In this document: piece by piece, positions 37,641 to 51,560 of the stretch
How the letters are laid out: the number at the start of each line of letters is the position of its first letter
Numbering within the stretch: the first letter of the stretch is position 1
Source: Octopus sinensis
Taxonomy: Eukaryota
DNA: 64,000 bases
Direction: 5' to 3'
NCBI RefSeq assembly: GCF_006345805.1
Contig: NW_021833431.1
Span: 1-64,000 of the forward strand
Notes under the pieces: model-generated
Database searches by the model: none
The model's input: only the letters and a program-made list of their open reading frames with translations
Told to the model about the DNA's origin: nothing
Made by a program: the position numbers and the translations under genes

Positions 37641-40600
37641 TAGCTACATGTCTGTCTATCATTCTTCCTTTCTTTCTTTCTTACAGTCTTACCTTCTTCG
37701 ATTCTTTTTTCTCTTTCTTTCTTTCTTTCCTTCTTGCAATCTTTCTCCGTCCGTATTTTTCTATTTAGTTACGGTCAACAGTGTATGTTGATATTGTTGT
37801 AGTAGTTCTCACAACAATTATCAGTGTTTTGCATTTTTTTTGTTTCGCTTCGCTTCGTTTCTTTTCCTTCTTTTTTTTTTTCTTTTTCTTTTTTGTCCAC
37901 CTGTTCCTCCTCGCTGTCATTTTGATAATTTTTCCGCATCTCAAATTGTCTCTCTTCGATCTTATTTCGTTCCATAGATCTTTCGAAATCGCGTTTGCGA
38001 TTTACTTTTATTCCTTGTATACATTGTATCTTCCCCTTCTTTCACTTTCTCTCTCTTATTTTCCGTCTGTCCGTCTGTCTGTCTGTCTGTCTGTCACTCA
38101 GACTCTCCCTCCCCTCCCTTCATACATATAGACATCCAGACACACACACACGTACATACGCGCACACTCCCACTCCTTGCAAAAGTCTTGTTACATATAA
38201 TTTCTCTATTCGGTTCTTGCACGCCTCGCTTTGCTTCTTCCCTCCTACCCAACAGCATCACAACAACAACAAACATAAGGAAAATTCATAAAAAAAGTAA
38301 TACAAAACAAAATACCGCACTCACACACACACACAGACTTGCACACACACACATACATACATATAGGCGCATACATGTTCATAAACACACACAGCTAACG
38401 CATACATATTTTCACAACTCCACCTACCCCTGTTCTATATTCCAGCCTACCGACGACAATCAAACCCAACATCACAGTCGCCGCAGCCGCCGCCATCTTT
38501 ACCACTACCACCACCACCACTACCGTCGTAGTAGCACCAGCAGCCACTGCCGCCTCCGTCAACGTCTCAACTACCAATTCCACCAGCACTACCACCTCCA
38601 CTACCACAGCCAATACGCCGTTGTCGTCTCTGTCACTACAGCTCGAAAAACGCGAAATTCTTCTTCACCTCACTCTTTCAATTCCACCGAGACGAGGGGA
38701 AAAACTCCACCACCGACACCACACCACTACCACCACTACCAACAACTACAACAACAACACTACCACCACCAACACCACTACCACCAACGCCATCGTCGCC
38801 AAACTACACCAACGAACAAACAGCCAGCCATCCATCCATCCAAGCATCCATTCAGGCAGCCAACCAACAAAACTACCAACCAACCAACCAACTGCCCGCC
38901 CGACTTTCCCTACCACCCGCCCATCACACTTTCAGAGCCGCCTGTTGACATAAACGCCCAACCTCGCCTCCTCCCCACGCACCGACTCAAACTCCACCGC
39001 TTCACCCCGCTCGCCTGGCCGCCACTTAACGAAAACAGAATATTTTTCAGTTTAACTTCCAAGTTTCTGCTAGTCCCCTCCTAGCAAAGCGTACGGTGGA
39101 GGAAAAACTTTAATAATAAGCAGCAGGAGAATCGAAACGCATTAATCGGAATATATATACACATACACAATCATATACTAATAATATATACATACAACCA
39201 CAATAACACACACATACTTACTTACTGAAGGAGAGAGAGAGAAAAAGAGGAACGAGTAAACAACTAATAGGAAAAGATAGAGCTTTAAGTGAAATTTGTA
39301 ACATATATATATACATACATATATATATATACATATATGTCTTACATAGAAACGCACCCACCCATACAAAATTATTTGTAGTTTTTTGCTGTCGTCATCT
39401 TAGAAGTTGTTGTTATTATTAACAACAACAATATTAATAATATATTGTTATTACATATAATAATAATACAATAGCGACGGTGGTGGTGGTGGTAGTGGTG
39501 ATGATGTTGGAGACATTTTATCGTCATTAACGGGAATATTTAATATTTAATTTCATTTGTTATTACTATTGATATTATTGTTATTATTATTGTTAATATT
39601 ATTAGTATTATTATTAGTATTATATTATCGGTTTCTTGTGACACAATTTGTAAAAAACAAAACAAATATTAAAAAAAGATAATAATAATAATAACGAAAC
39701 AAGGCAAGCCAAGACAAAAAAATTCTGTTCTGATCGTTTCACGGTATGGTTGGGTAGAAGGTACGTGTATCTAGGAAGAAAGGTAAATAACAAAAACACG
39801 AAGTACCTCTCTCGCTATCACTCCTAGCCCTGCATCCAATACCACACACATATTCCACTAGACGTATTAAGTCTCTCTCTCTCCGTCTCTTTCTCCCTCT
39901 ATCTGTCTGTCTATCAATCTGTCTATCTGTGTATGTATCACAGACTTGCAACGCTCATATATACATAACGCTAACGGGCCTCTCCTTCTTAAATCTTTCT
40001 CTCTCTCTTTCTCTCCCCTCCCCAACTCTGTCTCTCTATGTGTCTGTCAGTGTCTCTCTGACAAACACAAAACATTATGTATATATATACATATATATAA
40101 ACATTATATATATGTATATATATATATATAATTATTAACAGTCGGAGACAAAACAATGCATTTTAAGGAGTACCTAATTATCAACAAGGAGTTAATTATT
40201 AACCAGTAACACCAACAGCATCGGCACCATAGTTCTATAACTTGGCCCGCCGTTTCTCTTTGATATATTCATCACATACACCTATAACTATATATATCTA
40301 TCTATATACATATATATAGTTTATTATACAGGAACGCATACGTACATGCATCAAGGAAGTAAGACAACTATATACATAAACAAAGTTCGTTTGAATTCAC
40401 GTATGTATACACGCATTCGGATTAATTTTTAAGCATTCATTTACGCATACAAATTTCTTCTCAAGCAAGAAAAGAAGGATTACACAAATATAAACAAACA
40501 ACACACAAATAAACAAACACATCAATAAACAATAATATTAAAAACATAATAACAATAATTATATTTACTACCGTTATTGTTATTAATACTACAATTACCA

Positions 40601-40796
40601 ATTACACTTATACATTTTTCCCCTTCAATTTTAATTTCGAATGCCCAGAGAATCTCTTAGATTTTTTTTTAAAATTTCAATATTGAAAGAGTGAACGAAG
40701 ACGCCACCAACAGAATTACGTGAGAGCAAAAAGACATCATATTTTACCAGTTGTCCCTTCTATTTCTTCCCCCTCTCACCGTTTATATATACCCAC

Positions 40797-40839
<43 letters not shown>

Positions 40840-41878
40840 AAATTAAAACAAAAGGCTGCAGGAACACCAAAGGTGAAGAAAAGGATTTTACGTACAACAT
40901 AGAAGAAGAAAAAAGAACCCTTAACCGAAGGCTATTTGTTATATTACATCTCATGTTTTTACCAAAATTTTTGTTACAGTCGGAGGATTAAAACGATAAC
41001 AAAAAAAAAAAAGTCTATCATGTTCGCCGTTTGAGGAATTCTATCGTAATATTATTTGCATTCCTTAACTTTCCATAATGTTATATTTCTGGTCACAGAT
41101 TTATTTCTAGCACCGATTGCAAAGAATATCTTCCTTTAAATCATATAGGAACTTTGTCATAAACAAATTCTTCCAAATATATATATATATATATAAAACG
41201 TAAAAATATTATATATATATACGTGTATTTATATATATAAATCTGTATAACTATATATATATATTTCCCCCCCACAGGTACATATTGTGTTTTTTAAATG
41301 CCGCTTTTATATATAAATTAAAAAAAAAAAAGGAAAAATATGTGAAACCACTTGATGGGGGAATACGGAAGATTTTGAGTGCTTAATTAAACGGAAAAAA
41401 AAAGATAATTATCTAAATTTAATTGAAAAGAAAAAAAATATTTTTCTCTTTTTTTATACCGAAGTACAAAAACCGACGTAATTGTTACGTTATATAATGA
41501 TGTATAATGTATATATATATACACACACACAAACATACAACACACATGTAATTTGAATACACACACACACGCACCCAGTATCGCATACACAAAACTTCAA
41601 CACGCGTGTCGCCAGCATATTTCATTCGCATCAAAGTAAAATTTAATTTTAAATAATCATTTCGCAGATATATTTATATACACACGTCTAAAATACTGCT
41701 ATATATCTGTATGTATATATATTATATTTATTAAATATATATAGACAGATATAGTAGCTGCTTCAGCTAAGTTTTTTTTCTTCACACACATATATATATT
41801 CATACATATATATTAACCAAAGAAAGAAAAAAAACCAAAAGCTGAGAGCAAATTTTAAGCCGGGAGTACGATTTCAAT

Positions 41879-41987
41879 ATGGATTTGGTAAAAGGATTTC
41901 AAGCGGTGAAGAAAATGTGGTTCTGTATACTGCTGTTGGTGGCAACATCGCAAAGCACCAAGGCACTGCCCGCGACCATTCGAGTCG
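41879..41987 (+). CDS. First coding exon of an ionotropic glutamate receptor, kainate-type (GRIK/KaiR-like): signal peptide and start of the amino-terminal domain
   Basis: ATG (A at -3, G at +4) with an in-frame upstream TGA at 41843-41845. Encodes MDLVKGFQAVKKMWFCILLLVATSQSTKALPATIRV plus G, i.e. basic n-region, hydrophobic core, TKA/LP cleavage-like site and LPxxIR(I/V)G as in invertebrate kainate receptors. Perfect G|GTAAGT phase-1 donor inside the Gly codon, the position I recall for the first intron of vertebrate GRIK genes. Family call rests on a short motif. Confidence 0.72.
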
Positions 41988-42210
41988 GTAAGTACAGAAT
42001 TTTTCTTTGATATTTTATTCCTATATATTTTGAATTTTCTTTCTAGTAAATGTTTTTGTGTCGTATTCTTCATCGTATTATGATCGAAATATTTCCCCTG
42101 CTGTTTTTGACAATATCCTATTCATTCCTGTATAGACCGCTCAACAAACGTATGTTGTGTGTGTGAACGTGTGTGTTTTCTATGTGTGTGCGCCTGTCTG
42201 TGTCTGTTCA

Positions 42211-42256
<46 letters not shown>

Positions 42257-42849
42257 AATGTATTTGTATGTGTGTATAATCAATGATACTTCTTGTCATC
42301 TATCTTTACGTATAGCTTTCTTAAGAATCGGTTTATCTAACTTTCTATCTTTTCTTCTCTATCCGTGTGTCTATCGCTTTATCTGTCTGTAGGCCTTTCT
42401 ATGGCACCCTCTCTCTTTACCACTTTCGCATTCTCTATCTGCTTCTCTATCACATTAAATCCATTCTATCATTCTATCTATCTATCTATCTATCTATCTA
42501 CCTATTCATCTATCTATCTCTGTCAGCTTGTCCGCAAGTGTTCGGCTGTCTGTCAGTTTAACAATCTTTCTACTTAACTATACGCTTGTTTCTGTTGTGT
42601 CTGTCTAAGTACCCATCAATCTACCCCTAACTCTGTCTTTACATCGCTACACCTATCTATGTAAGAAACATATGTACTACTAGGTTAGGCTTGCCTCTAT
42701 CTGTCAGTCTGTCCTTCAATACATGCCTCTATCTATCTGTCTGTCTGTCTTGCCCTCATTATGTGTGCACGCATGTGAGTATGTGTGGGTGCGTAAGTGA
42801 TTAAGAGTGTGGGACATTTTACCATATATATATATATATATATATATGG

Positions 42850-43085
42850 TAAACGTAGAGTAGATGAAACCATGGTGACTGAAGAAGGGGTTTTTTCCTT
42901 GTGTTATTTGTCCTGTACTCTATTTTTTTTTTTTTAGAAAAATGTCCAGTTCCTTGGGTTTGTGTCTATGTTTTCGTTTCTCATTGTGTTCGACGTTTTT
43001 TGGTGTCCTGTACTCCTATATGCGTGTATATATACATGTAGAGGTAGGTACGTACATATATGTATATATATATATGCATATGTCT
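42850..43085. mobile_element. (TA)n-embedded repeat family G (copy 2)
   Basis: Homologous to 15770-16020. Confidence 0.75.
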
Positions 43086-43087
43086 TA

Positions 43088-43123
<36 letters not shown>

Positions 43124-43579
43124 CACATCTGCTTCTGATGTCAATATACTTTTGATGGTATATCTATCAACGTAAATCGCACACGAGTGCGTACGCTGCG
43201 CGCGTGTATGTGTGTGTGTATGTGACGAATGTTTCGTCTAGTACACACACGCACACACATCTGTTTACCTACCTGTCAAATTGTTTACATATGAATAAGC
43301 TGTGTGTGTGTCTGCCCGTGTAATGTTGAATTCACTTACGAAAAGCAGGCGACACGTTCGCATACTCATTGAGCGAACACACACACACCTCTCTCGCACT
43401 CGTATACGCAAACACACACACACCTCTCTCGCACTCGTATACGCAAACACACAAACATACATACATACACACAAATATACGTACATAAATTCACAAATCG
43501 CAATCTACAGAGGATACACAGCGATGCACCAAATACATATATAAATATGAAAGGCCGGAATATCGCGCGTGCGTGCACG

Positions 43580-43619
<40 letters not shown>

Positions 43620-43730
43620 TACACACACACACATACACACACGCACATACACACGCATACACAAAACACTCACACACACGTACGTACACAAACAAACGCA
43701 CAGACACATGTTGCTCACAGTTAAGTATAT

Positions 43731-43766
<36 letters not shown>

Positions 43767-44280
43767 ACACACACATTCAGAATAGAATAAACCTAAATAT
43801 AAAGCTCATATATGAATGCTAACTGACACACGCACACACACACACTCGCACACACTCGCTCGGTAGCTCGCTTACTCACTCACACACACAAGCAAACCCC
43901 TGTCGGGAGCGTACAAACACACATACACATATATACACATATACTCGCGTAAGCAGATGTATGCAAAAATCTATATACACCCACTCTACGATGTGTTGTG
44001 GAATAAAATACAGATACCATATAAAAATAAACATACCAAACTTTCCGATATGTGCGACTACATACTCGTGTCTATGTATGTACATACATATATATGCAGG
44101 CCTGTGATACAATAGCTCACAAACACACACACACACAACTGTATCAGAAAATCAAAAATATCTACATCTATATTTCAATATCCGCATTCTTATACACGTC
44201 CTAGACGCATGTCCCATTTCATTCTATTCTTGACTATGCAAACGACCTATGTATTGGCCACCTATATATATATATATATA

Positions 44281-44312
<32 letters not shown>

Positions 44313-45613
44313 ATGCATTGCATGTTGTTTGGGTGTTTACGTGTTTATTTAAATAAAGCTAATGAGAGGTGTTTATTAATGAGTGCACTCTGTATGAGTT
44401 TATGAGCTATCTATCCTTTCTCAATAGTGTATTTCGTTTGCAATTCTTAGCCCAAAACTGTCAACCTAGATTAGCTTACAAACTGTTTTAAACAGTGATA
44501 CATTATACACACACACTCACTCACGCACGAACACAGAAACATACACACACGCACGCACACACACATATGCATGAATGTAGAGTTGTGTGTGCGTGTGCGT
44601 GTTTGTGTGAGTGTGTGTGTGCTTTAAAACTTCCAATAGTCAAAATCGTTATATTTTCTTTTCATTCGAGTATATGTCTTTTAAGCTGTTCATGCATTTT
44701 ACTACCGCGTTTCGCCTACTGCTACTACATTCTGTACGGAATGAAGTATTACCTGGTGTATTTTCTTTGAACTAAACTCCATTTTTCTTTTGTTTTTTTG
44801 TTGTGGTGTATTCTTTTACCATGTAGCGTATTACTTTTAATGTAATCAAACATATTGCTCCTATTAGTATCGTCGATTCCCATACAATTTAAGTAAATTT
44901 GTGTAATCAAGTACAACCTTAAGAACACCCTTAAATGATTTCTAACATAAGTGCAGTTTATACCTCTTAAAACAATGCATATAGCTAATTAAATGTAGAT
45001 GAACCCGGTTTTTGTCTCGTATTTAATTGTTTTAGACTGATCAAATTAAGGAGCAATGCTGATTCTAAACCGTTAGAACTGAAAACCTTAATAAGCAGCA
45101 CGGAATACAGTAGGTTAATTATACCCCGTTTCTACCATTCCTATTTATCTAAAGCTCTTTGAAACAAAATTCTAGAAATAATACGAAAATATACAGGCGT
45201 AAGGAAAGCAGTTAAAGTGTATAAGACAAAAATACACATTTAGACAAAAGACAAAATAAAACAACAGAAAGACCTAAGTTTTCAAATTGGATCCAAGTCA
45301 TAGATTACAATGCCCGTAATAGACTCTATAACCATAGTATGTAAAGTATTGTTTTTGACAAGAGTTTCCATAGCGATTTGAACTCAGCTCTGCGAGTTTG
45401 CTTGCTGCTTGCTACAAAGGTTGATGATTATGACGATGATGATTATCATGCTTGTTGTTTATGACAGTGGCTATGATAAAGCTCCAACGTTATCCTATGT
45501 TTTATCTATTTCCCATGGATGATGGTAAAATATTTGAAAGAATCATTTTGTCGACCCTGCTAGTCCTATCTGTCTCTATCGGGTAAGGATTTACCAAAGC
45601 TTAAAAATGTTTT

Positions 45614-46000
45614 TGTGTGGTAAGTAGCTTGCTTACGAACGACATGGTTCCGGGTTCAGTCCCACTGCGTGGCATCTTGGGCAAGTGTCTTCTACTATAG
45701 CGTCGCGCCGACCAAAGCTTTGTGAGTGGATTTGGCAGACGGAAACTGAAAGAAGCCCGTCTTATATATGTATGTGTATATGTTTGTGTGTCTGTGTTTG
45801 TCCCCACCCCCCAACATCGCTTGACAACCGATGCTGGTGTGTTTACGTCCCCGTAACTTAACCTTTCGGCAAAAGAGACCGATAGAATAAGTACTACGCT
45901 TACAAAGAATAAGTCCCGGAGTCGATTTGCTCGACTAAAAAGGTGGTGCTCCAGCATGGCCACAGTCAAATGACTGAAACAAGTAAAAGAGTAAAAAAGT
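45614..46000 (+). mobile_element. SINE family B, slightly 5'-truncated
   Basis: Consensus match from TGTGTGGTAAGTAGC to AAAAGAGTAAAAAAGT. Confidence 0.92.
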
Positions 46001-46670
46001 AATTATAAATGATTTTGATAACAGAAAGGAACTCATGAGTTCCTACCTGATTTTACCTGTTTCAAACATGAAAACGATTCCTTTGCATTATGTTCTTATA
46101 CTCAAAGAACAAGAGAGAAACAAGGAAACGAAGGAGAATATTCATTTTTTGGAACCCCGCCTGTCATATTCCTTCCTTGATAAGGCTGACTTGGTATTCA
46201 ACCGCTATATATAAGACATAAATAGTGAAGAGTACGAAAATTCGTCTTTGAAAAATGTATGACTTTAGTGAGTACCATAAAAGAACTGTGTGGAACATCC
46301 ACCCTTATATAGATCGCCATTGTATATTTAGAGCATAAATTCAGGTATGAGCAAGTGCTTGAGAGATTTACTTCGTAGTAATGGGGATCCGATTTCGATC
46401 ACATTGCACGGCAATACGAGCTGTTGTCCCTAATGCAGGCTTGGATCAACATAAGCCTCTTGTGTGAAATTTAGGGGAGAGGAAACAAAGAATTATGTCC
46501 ATAAATTTTACCTGAAATACAAAACCCAATTCCCGTTCTATTATACAGTATATCATGTGGATTCTATTTCCGAATTAATTCAGGATTATACTTGACTATC
46601 AAACATTCAACCTTTTACAATATAATATATTAAACAGGCAGTTCTATTAACCAAAATCTGGAATACTCAC

Positions 46671-46747
46671 CGTCGAATCCGACGCGAGATCCATTTTCAT
46701 TGTATCTAGTTCGATGAAGAAATAAGAATGGTCCAGGGTTACCCTTT
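46671..46747 (-). other. Exon-like 77-nt cassette antisense to the iGluR intron (unassigned)
   Basis: Minus strand ...TTTCTGTGTGTACACATTACAG|AAAGGGTAACC...GGATTCGACG|GTGAGT. Two open frames: (E)RVTLDHSYFFIELDTMKMDLASDST and KGNPGPFLFLHRTRYNENGSRVGFD. Confidence 0.35.
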
Positions 46748-49700
46748 CTGTAATGTGTACACACAGAAAGGGTTTCAATTCGAGAATGCGAAATAACGAA
46801 GTACATGTTTATATGTTGTTACCACTGTTAACCTACAGTAGGGGTTTTCCAGCAGGGAGTTGTGGTACACTCTTGTCTTGCGTATTTTTTTAATTTAGAT
46901 AATATAATTGACAATTAATATCTAATGATGGTAAACTGTAGACAAATTTACTTAGGGCGTAGCAGATTTTCTGATTATTTTTCTCATTTGTTATAAAAAT
47001 CGATGTTTTGCACCTTTAACGTAAGACGGGGGAGTGACGTGGTAAGAGAAACTTTGGAACTACTTCTGTCCATTTTGCTATTCCTTGCAATGTCAACCAA
47101 CTAACCAAAATATAATTTTTGTAGCAGTTCCTATTTATAAACCTTCAAACTCTGCAGTACAAAAATTTGAAATTAATTTTTCTCCAGAAACCATACGCAT
47201 GCCAGAAAGAAGAATCTATACTTTAACTAGAAATAGCAGCTGCGTTATTTCCAGTCGTACGATATCACCTTGAAAATATCTGGAGTTTACAAATGTACTT
47301 TGTGAAACATGAGCTATTATCGATATACCTACGAATGCCTGTAGGTATTGCATGGGGCCCGAACATGCCTCCTGCTCTTAGCCTAGCATGTGCTAAATCA
47401 TATACACAACTCCAGTTCTATAGCTACCTCTAGATTCTGGTGCTCTCCTTCATCATGTTTATGATGAAGATCATCATCATCATCAGCAGCAGCAGTAGGA
47501 TATGCCATACTCTACCAGAGACATGGCAGGATATTCTTCCTGTGATTGAGTTGATGCAGTTATCATTGAGGAAAAGGGTACAAAGATTAGAAACCTCAAT
47601 CATTATCATTTTCACAGAGCAGTGGAACAATTTCTGAGAGAGAGAGAGAGGGGGAGAGAGAGGCAGACAGATAGAGACAAATAGACAGACATTCAGACAA
47701 ACTGAGCCAGAGTGAGTGGTTGGAGTGGCAGGGAGAGAATGAATTTCGACCCTCAATACGTATCTAGTACTTTATTTTATCGGAAGGCTGAAAAGACCAA
47801 ATTGATTTCAGTGGCTTTTAACTCAGATCGTATGGGATATTTCAATAGCTCAACTGTATCGATGTCACACTATACCATTTCTGTCAATATAAGTCATCAT
47901 ATCTACCGCTTTACACAAACACCACTGAATGTAAAGATGGGTTTCCTGATATAACAACGCCGGGGATCTAAAAAGAAATTTCTGACGAAGGCACAAATTT
48001 AAATGGAGGTTGTTAAGTGATTGAATTTCTTCCATTACTTTACTGGTTTGATAATTATCGAACCCGGAAGAGTAAAATGTAGAATTGATCTCAGTGGGAT
48101 TTGAAATTACAAAGATGAGATTCGGAACAAGTACAGCGAGGTATTTGCCCAACGGTGTATTGACTCTTACCCATCAGTTACTCCACAACAAGATAGTCTA
48201 AGGAACGTTAGTAATTAAGGTCAGTGTTGGACTTGGATAAAAACTACCAACCTCTCAACTACCATCGCTTGTCGCACATGTATGATTGAACAATGATAGT
48301 GTTAAGGATAATGGTTCTGGGAAGATGCTTTACGGTCGGTTTACTTGTTCTGTATAGCGTTTGAATATATTTTCTTCCTCAAATCACATACTGCTAACAC
48401 TAAAAACAACGAAATGCGTATTCCTAGATGCGTTCTTAAAAAAGAGAAAGTAATACGTGATACGAAATGTCCAGTGCACTTAGGGCTGCTGGATCCTGTG
48501 TAACGTGGGTGTTAGCCGACAACAGCAACACGATCGTCATGAATAATATTGACAATAACAACAGCAATCTCTTGTCAGGATTAAGTGCTGTGCCATGGAA
48601 TATAATTTGCTTAATGTCGGACGAGAGAACGGAATGAATGCGACAACATATTTCAAGCTTGTTTAATAAGTATCATTTTTATGATACCTACATGCGATAA
48701 GTAGATAGAGGAGTCGGTAGAACGATGCCGTACAAAAATCGTATTGTGTCGTCTACCGATTTCAAATCACGATAGAGTCGACCAAGTCTTTTATCTACCA
48801 GTAATATACGGTGGCTTGGATCAACAGGCATTATTTTCTATCTTGTAGGTGCGCTGTTGGTGTACGTCAATCTAATAGCTTTTATTTTTTATTACAATAC
48901 GTGCAGTACTTGTATGTGTGAGTACATGAGTGAGTGAATGTGCGGTGTGTTATCGTGTATGCTTAAATGCTAGACAGGCAGACTGTGTGTGTCCCAGTGT
49001 TACGATGTATGTGGGTGGGTAACATATATTTATATGTGATCGCTAGTTCGTCAGTCATATATATGTGTACATATTTGCGTGTATGTATGTGTTTGTATGT
49101 TTATTTTGTCTGTGATTGTGTGTGACGCAGACGTCGTTTAACACCAGTTCAGAACTAATCGACTGAATCTGTTATTAAACTCATTCCGGTCACAGACGGG
49201 GTGGTCATGACCGGAACAAGTACAGATCCACATTTTTAAACGTATCGCTTTCTTAAGACGCTAGAGTAAATTTAGCTTCTATTTCTACAAGGTCCACCGA
49301 CCATATAATGGCTTCCTTCATTGGCTCCTTTAACGTTTACAGACATACTGAGAGCTACAAGCAGGCAACTGCCGAGGAGTAGATCTTGCGATATGGTTTC
49401 GATTCACAATTAACGCAATTTCTCACGAAATATGTAAGATAACCACTTGGAGTAGGATGAAGGCCACAAATCTTTAATTCACTATAAATTTTTGTCATTG
49501 CTAGTTTTGATTCAATTTAGCCCAACTATGATGGAAAGAATTCATCGATATTATAAAGCTAGTGTGAGGGAGATTTGGTTACTATTTCTGGAGGTTAGAG
49601 CGTCTACTTGAGGCAATTCTTGTCATTATTGTAATAAGGTTTGCCAGCGTCAGTTAGCAAAAGCATTTAGAAACCTTGCTTTTCTCAACAGGTAGATGGC

Positions 49701-49904
49701 AGAAGATATACTGTATCCATTTACTCCTTTGTCTTATGCTAAAGAGAAAGAAAATAAATAACTTCGTTTCCTTTTTGTACTCTTCGGCTTTTTTTTTCTG
49801 TGAGTGTGCGTGCGTTTTGTGTGGGTATAAGTCGGGTTATTGTTCAGAGTTCGAATTTACCAAACAGCTCTTATTTCGGACTGACAAGATTATTGATAAT
49901 AGCA

Positions 49905-50086
49905 AATACATATGCTAATCTATCTGTCTATAAAACTATCTATCAATCTATCACATCTGTCTGTCTATCTATCCATCTGTCTGTCTATCTATCCATCTGT
50001 CTGTCTATCTATCCATCTGTCTGTTATCTATCCATCTGTCTGTTTATCTATCTATCCATCTGTCTATCTATCTATCTATCTATCTA

Positions 50087-50122
<36 letters not shown>

Positions 50123-50207
50123 CTTACCTATTTATCTATTTACTTACCTATCTATCTATTTACTTACCTATCTATCTAGTTACTTACCTATCTATCTATC
50201 TACTTAC

Positions 50208-50243
<36 letters not shown>

Positions 50244-50260
50244 ACCTATGTATTATATAT
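49905..50260. repeat. (ATCT)n/(ATCC)/(ACTT) tetranucleotide field
   Basis: Seen directly. Confidence 0.95.
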
Positions 50261-50879
50261 ATATCAAAGTAATTAATGTTACTAATAAAACTTAGGCTCA
50301 CAAAATATCTTTTACCGCAGCATTTAGGAATCGTACTGTTCAGTTTCCTAGTTGTCTAGAAACTGAAGAAGATACATTCACCTTCAGGAGAAAAGAAATA
50401 TAACACACATACCCGCACGCAAGTCCACATATATACATACGTGCGGTGTGCGTGCGTTCCAATGTGCATATGTAGAGTGAGGATTTAGTAAGAAGGAAAG
50501 AATAAATCAAATAAATGTGTGTGTGTGCGTTTGTGCCTGGGAGTTCATGTGTGAGTGAGCGTGTGTGTGTGTGTGTGTGTGTCTGTACGAGAGCTTTGTA
50601 CACAACTAAAGCGCGGGATTATATACATAAATGTTATGTCAGAAGTGTGTGCGGTGGAGGGGGTGTTGAAATTTTGTGAATTTTCTCTGCAACAATTTCA
50701 TTTGTAAACTGCATGTGTAGGAGCACTGCAGCGGCATTGGTAGGCCTCTTGTAAACCAAAGTGGCAATTCAGTTCCCATTCTAAGCTGAAACCATTTCCC
50801 ATCGCTTATGCAGATTAAGACATTTATGGGATGAATAAGCGTTGTTTTATCCACAATTGTTATTGATATCATTTTATGA

Positions 50880-51265
50880 AGGTGTGTGAACTAGTGGTTA
50901 CGCTATTGCAATCACGATCGCCGGTTTGTGATTTCGATTCTTGGACGGGGCAGTGTGTTGTGTTCTTGAGCAAAACATTTCGTTTTATGTTGCTCCTGTT
51001 CACTCACCTGTAAATGAGTAACCCTACAAGCGACTAGCGTCCTGTCCAGTGAGAATATCTCCACCTCGGTCAGTTGGACTGGTCAGTCTGTTGTGTTCTT
51101 GAGCAAAACACTTCGTTTTATGTTTGCTCCTGTTCACTCACCTGTAAATGAGTAACCCTACAAGCGACTAGCGTCCGGTCCAGTGAGAATGTCTCCACCT
51201 CGGTCAGTTATATGCCATGGAAAACGTGGTAAGCAGTGCAATGAGTTCGACGGCTCGAGACAGGA
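50880..51265 (+). mobile_element. tRNA-derived SINE (V-domain-like body) with an internal 133-bp tandem duplication
   Basis: Units 50951-51083 and 51084-51209: TGTTGTGTTCTTGAGCAAAACA...GTAACCCTACAAGCGACTAGCGTCC.GTCCAG...CTCGGTCAGTT. Confidence 0.8.
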
Positions 51266-51372
51266 ATATCCATATTGATATATAGATATAGAGCTTGTGT
51301 GTGGTGTTTAAAAGTAAATCTTGTTTTAGTATTGCTTTTATTTAATTCCGTTCCATCATTGAGTGGTTAGAT

Positions 51373-51560
51373 CAGGGGTCGCCAAATTATTTCGAACATG
51401 GACCCCTTTTAGCCACTTCTACCGCATTGACCCAATTTAGCTACTCTCCCTTCTGCTTTAAGCCCCTTTATCCACTTCTCCTTCTGCATTGACCCCCTTT
51501 TAGCCACTTCTTCAGCATCGACTCCCCTCACTTAAAATATCTTGATACTCTACCCTACCG
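51373..51560 (+). mobile_element. hAT-type DNA transposon end fragment with internal approximately 30-bp minisatellite
   Basis: Begins CAGGGGTCGCCAAA after GGTTAGAT; repeats of GACCCC(T)nTAGCCACTTCT; no matching opposite TIR seen. Confidence 0.5.

Noticed and set aside
38188-39084. 298-aa His/Gln/Thr/Pro-rich ORF, the longest in the track
   Set aside because: C/A-rich low-complexity strand that is depleted of stop codons by composition; TTG start, no domain, no credible splice donor. More likely UTR or intron.
41855-42073. 72-aa minus-strand ORF
   Set aside because: Antisense shadow of the iGluR signal-peptide exon.
48848-48920. TTGTAG|GT GCG CTG TTG (G-A-L-L) as possible iGluR exon 2
   Set aside because: Reads GALLVYVNLIAFIFLLQYVQYLYV then stop; no ATD similarity.
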